Positions 24,939-34,735 of a DNA stretch of 64,000 nt are shown here, piece by piece. Numbering within the stretch: the stretch's first letter is position 1; each line of letters starts with the position of its first letter. The stretch comes from a virus. Taxonomy: Duplodnaviria; Caudoviricetes. The notes beneath the pieces are model-generated. The model did no database searches and was not told where the DNA came from. It worked only from the letters and a program-made list of their open reading frames with translations. A program made the translations under genes and the position numbers. The stretch lies in IMG/VR virus record IMGVR_UViG_3300006155_000002; one strand, written 5' to 3'.

Positions 24939-26671
24939 CGTATAATAAGATTTGCAGAAGAATTTTAAGTGTATCTGCATAGTGCACTCCGTTTGGCCAA
25001 CAGGTTTTAAGATACCCATGATACAATAGCTGTAGGACAGCAGGGTCAAGCTCTCAAACTCCTGGTTGAGCCGCAAGGCTGCTTCATAGAAAGTCCGTCC
25101 CCCTGAGCCGAAAGTTAGCTGCAAACTCATTAGCTGTTTGCCGGGAATGGAGCCGCCCTTTTAGCAGTGAGGGCTATCGCATTGGCGCGCCCCGGAATGA
25201 TTCTAATACGCGAGGTTGCGGATGCTCCGGTTATCATGGGTATCTCAAAGCCTGCTGGTCTGAAATTCCCACACAGGGAGGTGAAAACTGTGAACCCACT
25301 ATTTGTAGGCATTGACGTGAGCAGCAAAAACAATGTTACCTACCTGATGAAGCCGGACGGCAGCAAGCACAGCAGTTTTTCCGTGCAAAACAACCTGGGC
25401 GGTGCTAAACTGATGTCAGAGAAGATTGTGTCGGCGCTGGAGGCCATGCGGCTCAGCGATGTGGTGATTGGCCTGGAGGCTACGTCCATCTATGGGGACG
25501 GCCTGGTCTGTGCCCTCCGAGAAGACGGGCGGCTGGGGCGATATCAGCGGAAGATCCATGTGCTCAATCCCAAGCAGGTCAGGAAATTCAAAGACTCTTA
25601 TCCAGACCTGCCCAAGAATGACTGGGTGGACGCCTTTGTCATCGCCGACCATCTCCGCTTCGGCAGGATCGGCAAGGAGGTCTACATGGACGATTACCGC
25701 TACAAATCCCTGCAAACCCTCACTAGGGCCAGATTTGACGTTGTGCAGAACCTGACACGAGAGAAGCAGCACTTCGCCAATTACCTGTTCCTCAAATGTT
25801 CCGGCATGGCCCAGGACAAGGACATTGCCAATTCCAGCGCCACTACCATTGCGCTGATGGAGCGGTTTGAAACGGCGGACGAACTGGCCTACGCCGATTT
25901 GGATGAGTTGACCAGGTTCATTAGTGAAACCGGGCGCAACTTTGCAGACCCGGCAGCGAAAGCAAAGGCTATCCAAGCCGCTGCCAAAAACTCCTATCGT
26001 CTGCCCACTATGGTGAATTGTTCTGTGAACCAGGCGATGGCTGTTTCTATCGCAACGATGCGAGCCCTGGAAAAGCAGATCAAAATCCTGGACAAATCCA
26101 TTGAGCAGCAGTTTCAAATCATCCCCAACACCCTGACCTCTGTCCCCGGCATCGGAAAGGTCTACTCCGCCGGTATCATTGCCGAGATCGGTGACATCCG
26201 CCGATTTAACTCCCAGGCGTCCGTTGCCAAATACGCCGGCCTTGTTTGGACACAGCACCAGTCCGGCGACTTCGAGGCCCAGCACACCAAACTCATCAAA
26301 TCCGGCAACCGCTATCTCCGTTACTACCTGCTGGAAGCCGCCAACTCTGTGAGAAGATGCGACTCTGAGTTCCGGCGCTACTATGACCTCAAATTCAAGG
26401 AGGTCAATCAGTTCCAGCATAAACGCGCACTCGCTTTAACTGCCAGAAAACTGGTTCGGTTGGTCTATCGGCTGCTGATGGACAACCGCCTATATATCCC
26501 GCCGGAGGGCTGAGCAAGCTGCTCGCTGCTCTGACGAACAGGCCCTGTTTCAAAAATTTGCAGGGACAGGGCCTGGGTTGGTGTTGCCTTTTTTCTGCCT
26601 CCTTAACTCTTTTGGATCAATTTCCTCTGAATTTTTTGTGCATCACCTACTTGACTTCATACCATTAGACT
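24939..26671 (+). mobile_element. IS110-family insertion sequence, copy 2
   Basis: Identical to 1325-3057, with the same AAACTCCT-TT target. Confidence 0.93.
25290..26513 (+). CDS. IS110-family transposase/recombinase
   Basis: Identical translation to copy 1. Confidence 0.95.
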   Translation: MNPLFVGIDVSSKNNVTYLMKPDGSKHSSFSVQNNLGGAKLMSEKIVSALEAMRLSDVVIGLEATSIYGDGLVCALREDGRLGRYQRKIHVLNPKQVRKFKDSYPDLPKNDWVDAFVIADHLRFGRIGKEVYMDDYRYKSLQTLTRARFDVVQNLTREKQHFANYLFLKCSGMAQDKDIANSSATTIALMERFETADELAYADLDELTRFISETGRNFADPAAKAKAIQAAAKNSYRLPTMVNCSVNQAMAVSIATMRALEKQIKILDKSIEQQFQIIPNTLTSVPGIGKVYSAGIIAEIGDIRRFNSQASVAKYAGLVWTQHQSGDFEAQHTKLIKSGNRYLRYYLLEAANSVRRCDSEFRRYYDLKFKEVNQFQHKRALALTARKLVRLVYRLLMDNRLYIPPEG

Positions 26672-26738
26672 TTCCTTTATGTACTTTAGATTGAACGCTC
26701 TTGGTAGAATTGAGCGCTAATCCCATGATGATGGCGTC

Positions 26739-26852
26739 TTAATTGACGCCATTGAGTTCGTCCAGCGCTTCTTTTATTGTGTCCGCACTGAACTGGAACT
26801 CGCCGTCGAGGAAAACCTCAACGTGTCCACGAACCCACTCAAACTGATACAT
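26739..26852 (-). CDS. Small hypothetical protein (37 aa)
   Basis: Manual translation MYQFEWVRGHVEVFLDGEFQFSADT..., GAGGTG RBS. Confidence 0.65.
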   Translation of the reverse strand: MYQFEWVRGHVEVFLDGEFQFSADTIKEALDELNGVN

Positions 26853-26940
26853 GAGGCCACCTCACTTTCTGTTTCTGGCGAGTAAAAAAAAACACTGACT
26901 GTCATCAGCCAGTGTACCGTCGTTTCTCTTATACAATGGA

Positions 26941-27037
26941 ACAGAGATTCTTTTTAAGGGTGACACCCCTCAAACCGTTGAAAATCAAGGACTTTTTTAT
27001 CGGTTTGCCACCCTGGTGGTGGCAACGGGTCGCAAAA
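26941..27037. repeat. Bipartite ~95-bp direct repeat, copy A
   Basis: ACAGAGATTCTYTTTAAGGGT and TTTGCCACCCTGGTGGTGGCAA blocks also occur at 35643-35737. Confidence 0.8.
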
Positions 27038-27144
27038 CCGGATGTTGATATAAGCTGGCGGCCCGCCGAAGCAGGCCGCCGCCCGGAAAGGAAATTGCCG
27101 TCTGATGTAACCATACGGCAGCACATGAAAAGCGCCAACGGCGC

Positions 27145-27232
27145 TGGCGTCGGAGGTAGGATTCGAACCCACGGACGGTTTCCCGTCTCCAGTTTTCAGG
27201 ACTGGCGCCATCAGCCTCTCGGCCACTCCGAC
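27145..27232 (-). tRNA. tRNA-Ser(TGA)
   Basis: Long variable arm, loop CCTGAAA (C at position 33), GCCA end. Confidence 0.85.
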
Positions 27233-27659
27233 TTGTACAGGTGGTTTTGTTAGGCAGAACCACCAAACTGCCGAGCGGGCCGGTATTAACCAGGGAGCGC
27301 TTTTTCGGCTCCCCAAGTTCTTCGTCAAGGTTCCGGCTTAACCTTTCTCGCTCTCTCGGCGGGATTCAGACTGTCCCCGCCCGCCGCCGAATCCCCGGCG
27401 GCGCGGCGGACAAATCAAAGGCAGATATACACATTATCTTTTTCCATTAAGAAATTCTGGGCTGGTCACGCGCTCGATGCAAAACCTTCCCTCCTTTTGA
27501 GGTTCCGTCCGTGCTGTCACAGGTGCCAGTCTCGATCTGGCTGGCAGACGGCACACGCAAGCTGCTCCCGGATACCTTATCTGAGATAATATTCAAGCAC
27601 TCTTAGGCGTCTTCGGAGTGCAGGAATAACAAGGATAAAACCACCGTTTTAGATGGATT

Positions 27660-27962
27660 TCATGCGCTGGTAGGTATACAAATGTCGTGTTTGTATCCAG
27701 CAATTTTCCCATACTTGGTCATTTGGCGCTGATAGCCACGGAAAACCTTCCGGGCATAATCCAGAACGCCATCAATGCTTACGCAGTTGGGAAAGCTGTA
27801 GACCACAGCGCAGGCAGGGATCACGTCGCTAAAGTAAGCGTCTTGGGTTACGTCATCGACCTTGTTCCAGTCGATAACACTGGCAATCAATTCATCTGCC
27901 ATTTCAAAACCACGGATAGGATCTCCAGGCAGAGCAACAAACGGGTTGGTCATAGGGTTCAT
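27660..27962 (-). CDS. Hypothetical protein
   Basis: GGAGG RBS. Confidence 0.7.
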   Translation of the reverse strand: MNPMTNPFVALPGDPIRGFEMADELIASVIDWNKVDDVTQDAYFSDVIPACAVVYSFPNCVSIDGVLDYARKVFRGYQRQMTKYGKIAGYKHDICIPTSA

Positions 27963-27977
27963 TCCTCCCGTTGATTG

Positions 27978-28517
27978 TTATTGGATGATGTCCGGGAGGT
28001 CCGGAAAGTCGTCCCTATTTTCATCCGGGTCACCAAACGGATACTGAATGACTGTCCCGTTCACATTGGTCGGATGCCGGATAGAAAACCCATACTCATC
28101 GCACAAGTGCTCCTCGATCATAGAGGTGATTTCGTCGATCTCCTGGGGAGAAATCCCTGCTTCACATGGATCTGCTTCGAGCAACGTGGAAAGCATATCC
28201 TCAACGGCTCCAGTGATTTCTCGAACCCGCTCATCGTCATCATCCACAATGTTCTCATAGTCCGAGTTGGGATAGATGTACGTTGTGAGAATGGTATCGT
28301 AAGTCCGCTCCGCGTCAATAAAGGAACACGTCGTGACGGCATAAACCTCTTTGCCGTCAACCTCAACGGAAAACGCCGGAAAACCTCGTTCTTCTGTGAG
28401 GTAGACTTCAACGCCCATCTCCTTGTCGCTGGCGATCAAATGGAGATTATCCGCAAGCTCCCTCCTGTTGTCGCAGAAATAATCCCAAAGCTCGTCAACG
28501 GTATAGTTCTTTGCCAC
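27978..28517 (-). CDS. Highly acidic hypothetical protein
   Basis: 179 aa, D/E rich, GAGG RBS. Confidence 0.75.
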   Translation of the reverse strand: MAKNYTVDELWDYFCDNRRELADNLHLIASDKEMGVEVYLTEERGFPAFSVEVDGKEVYAVTTCSFIDAERTYDTILTTYIYPNSDYENIVDDDDERVREITGAVEDMLSTLLEADPCEAGISPQEIDEITSMIEEHLCDEYGFSIRHPTNVNGTVIQYPFGDPDENRDDFPDLPDIIQ

Positions 28518-28529
28518 GACCTCACCCCT

Positions 28530-28766
28530 TTACATAATCCAGATTTTTCGGCTGAACAGGAGAAGAAGGCCAAGCGGAGCGGTAAAGAAAACCGCACCAC
28601 AATCTTCATTGGCGGAACCGCACATCCACAGCAGTAACACAGAAATAATAAGCATAACAACGCCCATCAGCTTCTGTTCGCAAAGCCTTCTGCGATACTC
28701 GTTGCGGGTCCTTTGTGACACAGGTGTCAACCAATAAGATTTGGTCCTGCGCTTACTGGCTTCCAT
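28530..28766 (-). CDS. Small membrane protein
   Basis: Two hydrophobic segments; GGAGGAG RBS. Confidence 0.7.
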   Translation of the reverse strand: MEASKRRTKSYWLTPVSQRTRNEYRRRLCEQKLMGVVMLIISVLLLWMCGSANEDCGAVFFTAPLGLLLLFSRKIWIM

Positions 28767-28790
28767 TTCAAATCTCCTCCCATCCGAAAT

Positions 28791-28847
28791 CTTCCCACTC
28801 TGCATTTCTCATGCGGGCTTGTGACCGCCAAAGGCTGCATTAAGAAA
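28791..28847 (-). ncRNA. Twister ribozyme
   Basis: UUUCU-UAAUGCAGCC-UUUG-GCGGUCACAAGCCCGC-AUGAGAAA-UGCAGAG-UG-GGAAG matches the twister core. Confidence 0.88.
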
Positions 28848-29086
28848 CCGCCCGGGGTAATCTGGCCGGACGGTAACCCACGCTACTGAGGATCGAGTGC
28901 GTGTTGATTAGCTTTTATTGCAGTATTATCAACTATAATCCATATGCAATACTAAACCATTTTGTAATGCGATCCTCAGACCATGGAACGGGGACGCCAC
29001 CCGAACCATCTGCATCTCGGTACTCTTTTCACGATGCAGTATGCCGCGTTAAGCCCGTCGCGGAAAGCTTTGCTGGGGTGTTAAGT

Positions 29087-29159
29087 TGGCGGAGATGGGA
29101 CTTGAACCCATGACACGCGGATTTATCGTCCGCTGCTCTACCCTCTGAGCTACTCTGCC
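29087..29159 (-). tRNA. Atypical tRNA (loop CGATAAA, nominal anticodon ATA)
   Basis: Cloverleaf with G33, short variable loop and no CCA. Confidence 0.55.
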
Positions 29160-29232
29160 ATATTTACCCCATGACCAGCCTCCTCCTCGTTTAACGCCGC
29201 CAACCTCTGAATCACGGCGCACTGGTCAAGTT

Positions 29233-29445
29233 TTAATTCAAAGCCCTTCTGGGCACGGATACGAACGCTTCCTCAAAAGTCGCAACAACCAGGGAATGGG
29301 TGGTGGAGATGGCACACCTGTCACAATCCAGGCGCAAACCCCGATTACAACACACGCCACAGGAATAGGAGAAGTTCTTTCGTGCGTGCATAATGGACGC
29401 GGATTCATACTGGAGCTCAACGCCGCGCTGTTCAAATTTTGTCAT
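29233..29445 (-). CDS. Small Cys-rich protein
   Basis: CGVCC...CDRC motif. Confidence 0.65.
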   Translation of the reverse strand: MTKFEQRGVELQYESASIMHARKNFSYSCGVCCNRGLRLDCDRCAISTTHSLVVATFEEAFVSVPRRALN

Positions 29446-29618
29446 CCTTATCACCCTCTCTGATTCAATTTGAATTGAAAACCTATTTCGATCAGACAGA
29501 ACAGCATATGGTTCCATCACCCCACAGCTTATTAGTCCACTTACGGCAATCGGGGGAGTTTAGCCTGTGAACCCGGCAACATGGATAGCTCGAAAACTTC
29601 GGCCCCCATATGCCTGTT

Positions 29619-29676
29619 CCGCCGACCGCCCATCAAGGGCGGTTTCGTCGCAATTTTCAGCGACTCATCAGGGCGG
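29619..29676 (-). ncRNA. Hammerhead ribozyme (type I)
   Basis: CCGCC-CUGAUGA-GUCGC..GCGAC-GAAA-CCGCCC..GGGCG-GUC-GGCGG. Confidence 0.92.
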
Positions 29677-29682
29677 TTATTG

Positions 29683-30453
29683 TTACTTTTCCAAACCGTA
29701 TTTCAGTTCAAAAGCCGTTTCAAAATCAACGACGGGTTTGAAACCCGTCGCCTTGCAGAAGTCCTCAAAAGGAACCATGATGTAATTGTCGCTGGAGCTG
29801 TCGGTATAGGTGACATCAACTGCGAAACCTCCCTCGACCACATTCATGACATGAAACACGCCATCCCTATATCCACGAATTTTGACCGAACGGATTTCCG
29901 CCTGTTCAGCCAAAACCGCAAAAGAGTTTGCGTACCCCTGGCAAATTGCTTTGCCACTGGAAAGAGAACCCTTTGCAGTTGCCTGCGGAGAACTCAAGGA
30001 AAGCTTTTTACTTGCAGCAGCGTCATCGTAGGAGAGGGTCTGACACAGGTATGCTCCGATTGACTGAGCGGACTTTCCGGCACGAGCACTGAAGCCTTGA
30101 AGCTCGGTTTTGGTGAACTCGTTCTCACCAGAAATCAAAACCAATTTCATTTGCTCGTTGGACTTTCCGCTGTTGACCACAGATCCTTTTACGGTCGGTG
30201 TTGTTGACGAAGCCGAAACCGCATCAACGTACGATTGGACAGCGTTCAAAACCTGGCTCTTTTCCGACTTGCTTGTTCCGTAGGAGGAAACAGAGGCGTT
30301 GCCGTCGTACAGAACCTCGGCGGCAATCTTTGCGGGGTCAGAACTTGCAAAGAAAGCAGGCTCGATCCGCTCCGCCGCAAATGCGGGGGTGATGAAAGCC
30401 ATGAGTGCCAAGAAACCCCCGCACAGAACCGCTTTCATCCTCATGGCTTGCAC
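29683..30453 (-). CDS. Secreted transglutaminase-like protein
   Basis: Signal peptide (AFA cleavage site); Cys-His-Asp motifs ICQGYA, HVMN and VDVT. Confidence 0.8.
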   Translation of the reverse strand: MQAMRMKAVLCGGFLALMAFITPAFAAERIEPAFFASSDPAKIAAEVLYDGNASVSSYGTSKSEKSQVLNAVQSYVDAVSASSTTPTVKGSVVNSGKSNEQMKLVLISGENEFTKTELQGFSARAGKSAQSIGAYLCQTLSYDDAAASKKLSLSSPQATAKGSLSSGKAICQGYANSFAVLAEQAEIRSVKIRGYRDGVFHVMNVVEGGFAVDVTYTDSSSDNYIMVPFEDFCKATGFKPVVDFETAFELKYGLEK

Positions 30454-30456
30454 CTC

Positions 30457-30588
30457 TCAGGACGGCGGTTTCTGCTTGCCCTTCTTCTTCCGGGGCGTCG
30501 GCGGGATGTAGTTCGGATGCGCGGAGCAGTACCTGTTGCCACAGTGCTTCTCCTGCCCACACGTCTCCATGCAAGGATTTTTAGCCAT
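30457..30588 (-). CDS. Small Cys/Lys-rich protein
   Basis: GGAGG RBS; 43 aa. Confidence 0.55.
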   Translation of the reverse strand: MAKNPCMETCGQEKHCGNRYCSAHPNYIPPTPRKKKGKQKPPS

Positions 30589-30630
30589 AAAAATTCCTCC
30601 GTTCACATTTGATTTGAGAACCTCAGCAGA

Positions 30631-30696
30631 CAGTATTCCATCCGCGGACGGGGGAACCCCGTTTCGCCGTCTACGGCTCATCAGCGCGGCTTACTG
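30631..30696 (-). ncRNA. Hammerhead ribozyme (type I)
   Basis: CCGCG-CUGAUGA-GCCG..CGGC-GAAA-CGGGG..CCCC-GUC-CGCGG. Confidence 0.92.
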
Positions 30697-30849
30697 TTTC
30701 AAAACCGAAACCCCATCGGCGATCTGCCGATAGTAGTTGACCTCATCGAGTTCGACGCAATCATCGAACGTCTTGGCGACCTCTGTTTCGTCCATGTAGC
30801 TGACAAAGGCTTTGCCGTTCTTGATACCGAGCACATAAACTTTTTTCAT
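30691..30849 (-). CDS. Small hypothetical protein (52 aa)
   Basis: Manual translation MKKVYVLGIKNG..., AGGAG RBS. Confidence 0.65.
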   Translation of the reverse strand: MKKVYVLGIKNGKAFVSYMDETEVAKTFDDCVELDEVNYYRQIADGVSVLKQ

Positions 30850-30924
30850 AGAGAAACTCTCCTGTTTTTTTGGTATAAAAAAATCCTCCAGGGCAAAGCC
30901 TTAGAGGATTTTTTACCTGCCTAT

Positions 30925-31296
30925 TCAGTTGTCGTTAAAAACCCCTTTGACCGTAACTGAAGCCCTTAGACCTCCATTGCTTAGGGGGATAAGCTCGAAG
31001 GTATTGCATTTGCTTAAGGCGTTCCTCAACCGAGAAATCTCATCCCCCTCAAAGTGGATCTCTGGTATCTCGATTGAAACGCTTCCAGAAGCGAAACGCG
31101 GATACAGCTTCAAAGTCGCTTTTGTCCCAATGATTTCAGAAAGCTCATTGTAAACAGACTTCAAAACCTCAAGCCGTTCTGCGTTTACTGCGTTCGTATC
31201 CGCTGAACCATCTTTAACAGCGGCTACGAGCAGGGCTTCGAAAACCTCGCTGAACTGGTACAATTCATCACACTCCCCGCGAAAAGCTAAACCCAT
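30925..31296 (-). CDS. Hypothetical protein
   Basis: Co-oriented ORF followed by a terminator hairpin. Confidence 0.7.
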   Translation of the reverse strand: MGLAFRGECDELYQFSEVFEALLVAAVKDGSADTNAVNAERLEVLKSVYNELSEIIGTKATLKLYPRFASGSVSIEIPEIHFEGDEISRLRNALSKCNTFELIPLSNGGLRASVTVKGVFNDN

Positions 31297-31334
31297 TGTA
31301 CCATTGCCTCAATGAATTTGCAATCCGAAACCTT

Positions 31335-31396
31335 GCCCTCTCTGCGTTTACACGGACTTGAGACCGTTTGCAAAACCCTTGCAAGTCGCATTAGGC
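31335..31396 (-). ncRNA. Twister ribozyme with P3 stem
   Basis: GCC-UAAUGCGAC-[UUGCAA..UUGCAA]-ACGGUCUCAAGUCCGU-GUAAAC-GCAGAG-AG-GGC. Confidence 0.85.
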
Positions 31397-31424
31397 GCGG
31401 AGGCAGAACCTCCGCATTTCCGGT

Positions 31425-32321
31425 TTAAGCGGCGGCGGGAACAGTAGCGGGCTGATCCTTCTTGGCGGTCATCGGTTCCTGCTCGACAACCTTCTCCGCC
31501 TTGTCCTTCTTGGTGCGGGACTTGGAACCATTATTGGTGCGGGACTTGGAACCCTTATCGGCTTTCGCCTTGGAACCCTTCTCCTCATTGGGCTCGGTGG
31601 CGGCGGAACCGTTCCGCTTGTAGTCCACACCGTAAACCCCCTTGGTAACGATGCGGTAGAACACGTCCCCCATCAGGGACAGCAGCATGGTGTGCTTGGA
31701 GCACTGAACCCGCAGCGCGGCCTTGTTGTTGCGCTTGGTGTAGCAGGACATGACGTAACCCAGGTCGTGGCCGTTGACCTTGCCCTCATTGGGGGAAAGC
31801 ATATCCAAAACCTTCTGCATATGCTTAACCACCTGGGTGTCGCTGGTGGGCGTCTTGCCCAGCTCGACCTCACGCGCCAACTTGTCCATGTTGTAGGAAT
31901 CGTTGATGCGCTTCATCTCGGCGGCGGTAACGCCCAGGGACTGGGCAACCCGCAGGGTCAGACGCTTATTCAGCGCCTGAAGCTCGTAGAACCAGCCCAG
32001 GTCGAGACCCTTGACCTCGCAGAACTTCTTGAGGTCAACCTGAACGGTCTTCTCGGCCTTCTCGACGCCGGTGGTGCGGCCCTCCTCGGTCAGCTTCTTG
32101 TGGGAAGGCGTGGTGAAGTGGTGCAGCTCGATGGCCTGGTGGGTGTCGGCCAACCCGGCGAAAACCTCGCTCTCCCGGATGGTGCGAAGCTCCTTCTCGA
32201 CGTTTTGCAGCTCAATCAGCTTGCCCTCGACGTCGGCGTTCGTGGCGCACGCCTTGTTGACCTCGGTGATCTTCTCATCATAAGCGGCCATCAGTTCAGC
32301 CTTGCGATTTTTCGTTGCCAT
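31425..32321 (-). CDS. Hypothetical protein with Lys-rich repeated tail (GSKSRT)
   Basis: GAGGAG RBS; strong codon bias. Confidence 0.8.
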   Translation of the reverse strand: MATKNRKAELMAAYDEKITEVNKACATNADVEGKLIELQNVEKELRTIRESEVFAGLADTHQAIELHHFTTPSHKKLTEEGRTTGVEKAEKTVQVDLKKFCEVKGLDLGWFYELQALNKRLTLRVAQSLGVTAAEMKRINDSYNMDKLAREVELGKTPTSDTQVVKHMQKVLDMLSPNEGKVNGHDLGYVMSCYTKRNNKAALRVQCSKHTMLLSLMGDVFYRIVTKGVYGVDYKRNGSAATEPNEEKGSKAKADKGSKSRTNNGSKSRTKKDKAEKVVEQEPMTAKKDQPATVPAAA

Positions 32322-33274
32322 AACGTTACTCCTCTCAAAGTTTTCTATGGGCAAGCCCATAATGAAGCCCCGGAACAAAAAGCCGCTCCGGGGCTTGATA
32401 TAGGTTCGCACTCCCTTTGATGACTTCGGCCCCGCGCTCAAACCCATGGGGCGTAAAGACGCCCCGCGCCGCCCGTCGCGGTATTCCTCAAAGTCTGTGG
32501 CGTTTCAACCACTCACCAGAAGGGAGAGAAAGTCACGTTATTTCATGCCATCAGACCCATTCCGGCAAACCATTCCGCCCGCTGTACTAACCCCCTTGGA
32601 GCCTTCCGGCGACATGATGCCACGCAACGCACGATCCTCCTTGAGAATCGCAACGCCTGTAGGCATGGTCAAAATGCTGCTTTATAGCCTGCTTTCTTGA
32701 ACCATCAAGCACATATCCGCCTGCGTGTTCCATACACTTCCGGTCGAAGCAGAATCCGACCCATTGCCGAGTGCTCAATACTACCCGCGTTCAGTACCCG
32801 CGCACCAGGGGCCTAACTCCCCTGATTTTTGGCTGGCCTTCTCTTGGGACGGTTGGAGCCGTCACTTGTTGCAAGAGTACACTTCTTCTGATGGCAGAAG
32901 TACCCCGCGAGTATGCCCTCGACGGTGGCGCTCGGAATGTTCCTCAAGGTTGTTAGCGCAAACAATGAGGAAGGAATTTTGATGGGTTGGTGAAACCCGG
33001 CTCCATAGTCAATTTCTTGACCTTTTTAACGTGGGCCACTTCCACGTCCTGCATCCCGCTAACGGAATGACCTGTGCCACTCAAGACACCAATTTTGAGC
33101 GTCCCCTGTGCGTAGGGGCTACGTCACCACGGAAGGGGTGGCGATCCCTCAAAACAAGCCCCGGCCTGCTGGCTGGAGCCTTGGAATAGGGCTTGATAGG
33201 CTCAAACTCTTTAGAAAGCCGTTGGTTTTGCTCTTGCTTTTGGGTGGTGCTGTGGGCTTCCCGTTCGCCCCATA

Positions 33275-33299
33275 GATACGCATGGGTTTGTATGTCACC
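33275..33299. promoter_or_regulatory. 25-bp putative operator, copy 1
   Basis: GATACGCATGGGTTTGTATGTCACC, 24/25 identical to 34279-34303. Confidence 0.6.
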
Positions 33300-33317
33300 A
33301 GGGGCGAACGATGGACA

Positions 33318-33358
33318 CAAAAAAAAGAGGGGCGCGGCGTTTGCCGTTCCCCTCTTTA
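33318..33358 (-). terminator. Intrinsic terminator
   Basis: AAAGAGGGG..CCCCTCTTT stem with a long U tract on the minus strand. Confidence 0.75.
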
Positions 33359-33371
33359 TGGTGCTATATGT

Positions 33372-34154
33372 TTACTTTTTCTTGTCCCAACGCGCCCTTT
33401 TGCGCAAAATGGCGAGCGTTTCGTCAATATCTTCCCCGGTGTACCCGGCAGACGTGAACGCGCTCAAATCGGCGTCAAGTTCCACGGCGCGGGAAAGTAC
33501 CTTGTAATATGCGCGGTAAAGGGTTTGGTACACTGTGGCGCGTTTGGTGCCGGTTGCGTCTGCGATTTCTTGCGCGCTCTTTCCATCATCATAGGACATT
33601 AACAAGGCGGCCATTTGTCCGTCCGTCATGTCGGCGGTTTTGACGGCTTCCCTCATCAGCTTGTCAAGCTGCGGACACGTTGCCCGCGCTTCTCGCGGTG
33701 TGACATTGCACCCAACCCAACCAGGCATATACTCCCGTTCGCTGTTACGCTCTTTCTTGCCCTGTTCGGTACGAATGGCAGAAAATGCGGCGGTTTTGAG
33801 TTCGTGCATATTTGCGGCGGGGTTGTCTGCGAAAATGGCGTTGATAGCAACGCAAGCCGTCATTATCATATCTTCCCGTTCCCATGCGTTACGGTTCTGC
33901 GGGTTGAGTACGGCGCTATTGTTGCGGCGTTCCCAATTCTCCACACTTGCCAGCGTGTGACGAGCAAGGGCCATTTGTCCGTCCCCGTCTGTGGGAGTAC
34001 AGAACGGATATACGCGAATGTCCGCCAATTTGTGCCCGTTCGCGGTGGCCTGTTCTGTGGCTTGCGCGATGGTGTCAGCCGTGACAAGTTCGATCCCTGT
34101 GACGGTTCGCCCGTTCGTGGTGTCAGTTCCCAACGTGCAAATCTGGTATTTCAT
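33372..34154 (-). CDS. DNA-binding protein with sigma70 region-4-like HTH
   Basis: GKSAQEIADATGTKRATVYQTLYRA. Confidence 0.75.
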   Translation of the reverse strand: MKYQICTLGTDTTNGRTVTGIELVTADTIAQATEQATANGHKLADIRVYPFCTPTDGDGQMALARHTLASVENWERRNNSAVLNPQNRNAWEREDMIMTACVAINAIFADNPAANMHELKTAAFSAIRTEQGKKERNSEREYMPGWVGCNVTPREARATCPQLDKLMREAVKTADMTDGQMAALLMSYDDGKSAQEIADATGTKRATVYQTLYRAYYKVLSRAVELDADLSAFTSAGYTGEDIDETLAILRKRARWDKKK

Positions 34155-34227
34155 TGTGTGTATTCCTTTCCATTCACCATGGATTTAGCGGGCACGTTTG
34201 CGGCGTGTCCGCCGTGGTGATAGTGAT

Positions 34228-34256
34228 AATATACACCCGCCGAATATGATTGTCAA
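34228..34256 (-). promoter_or_regulatory. Leftward sigma70/SigA promoter
   Basis: TTGACA-17 bp-TATATT. Confidence 0.75.
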
Positions 34257-34278
34257 GGATTTTTTTCAAGGCGGAAAT

Positions 34279-34303
34279 GATACGCATAGGTTTGTATGTC
34301 ACC
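34279..34303. promoter_or_regulatory. 25-bp putative operator, copy 2
   Basis: GATACGCATAGGTTTGTATGTCACC, just upstream of the leftward -35 box. Confidence 0.6.
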
Positions 34304-34642
34304 CGTTGATATATCGCGCCTTGTGCCGGCCCTGTTCTATGTCACAATATGGCACTATGTGACATTGGGGCGTGTTTTCCATATTTTTGGCAATCCACCA
34401 GGCACCCAGGCCCGTTAGTTGGTGTATCTACCACGTACCAACTTTTCACAGTTTGGACCACCAGTCAATCCGTTGCATTTCAACGTGTTTCAAGCCTTTT
34501 TATTGTCGGTGATGATTCCTTGTTCAAGCCGTTTTGGTATGAGGATCATCACAGAGAATAAAAAGGCGTCCCACCGAAAATGCCTTGATTTGTGACTTTG
34601 ATCCCATAACTTAAAGTCAATAATTTTTTTCCAACAAAGTGC

Positions 34643-34670
34643 TTGACATTCTCCCCATATCTGGTATAAT
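34643..34670 (+). promoter_or_regulatory. Rightward sigma70/SigA promoter
   Basis: TTGACA-16 bp-TATAAT with an extended TG. Confidence 0.8.
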
Positions 34671-34735
34671 AGTATTGTACTCAATAATATTATTCAAGGC
34701 GGTTTCGCCAATGACACGGGAGGTCACCAAATACG

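Noticed and set aside
32495-32530. Possible additional hammerhead (CUGGUGAG..GAAAC)
   Set aside because: The core deviates from CUGAnGA, and stems II and III do not form.
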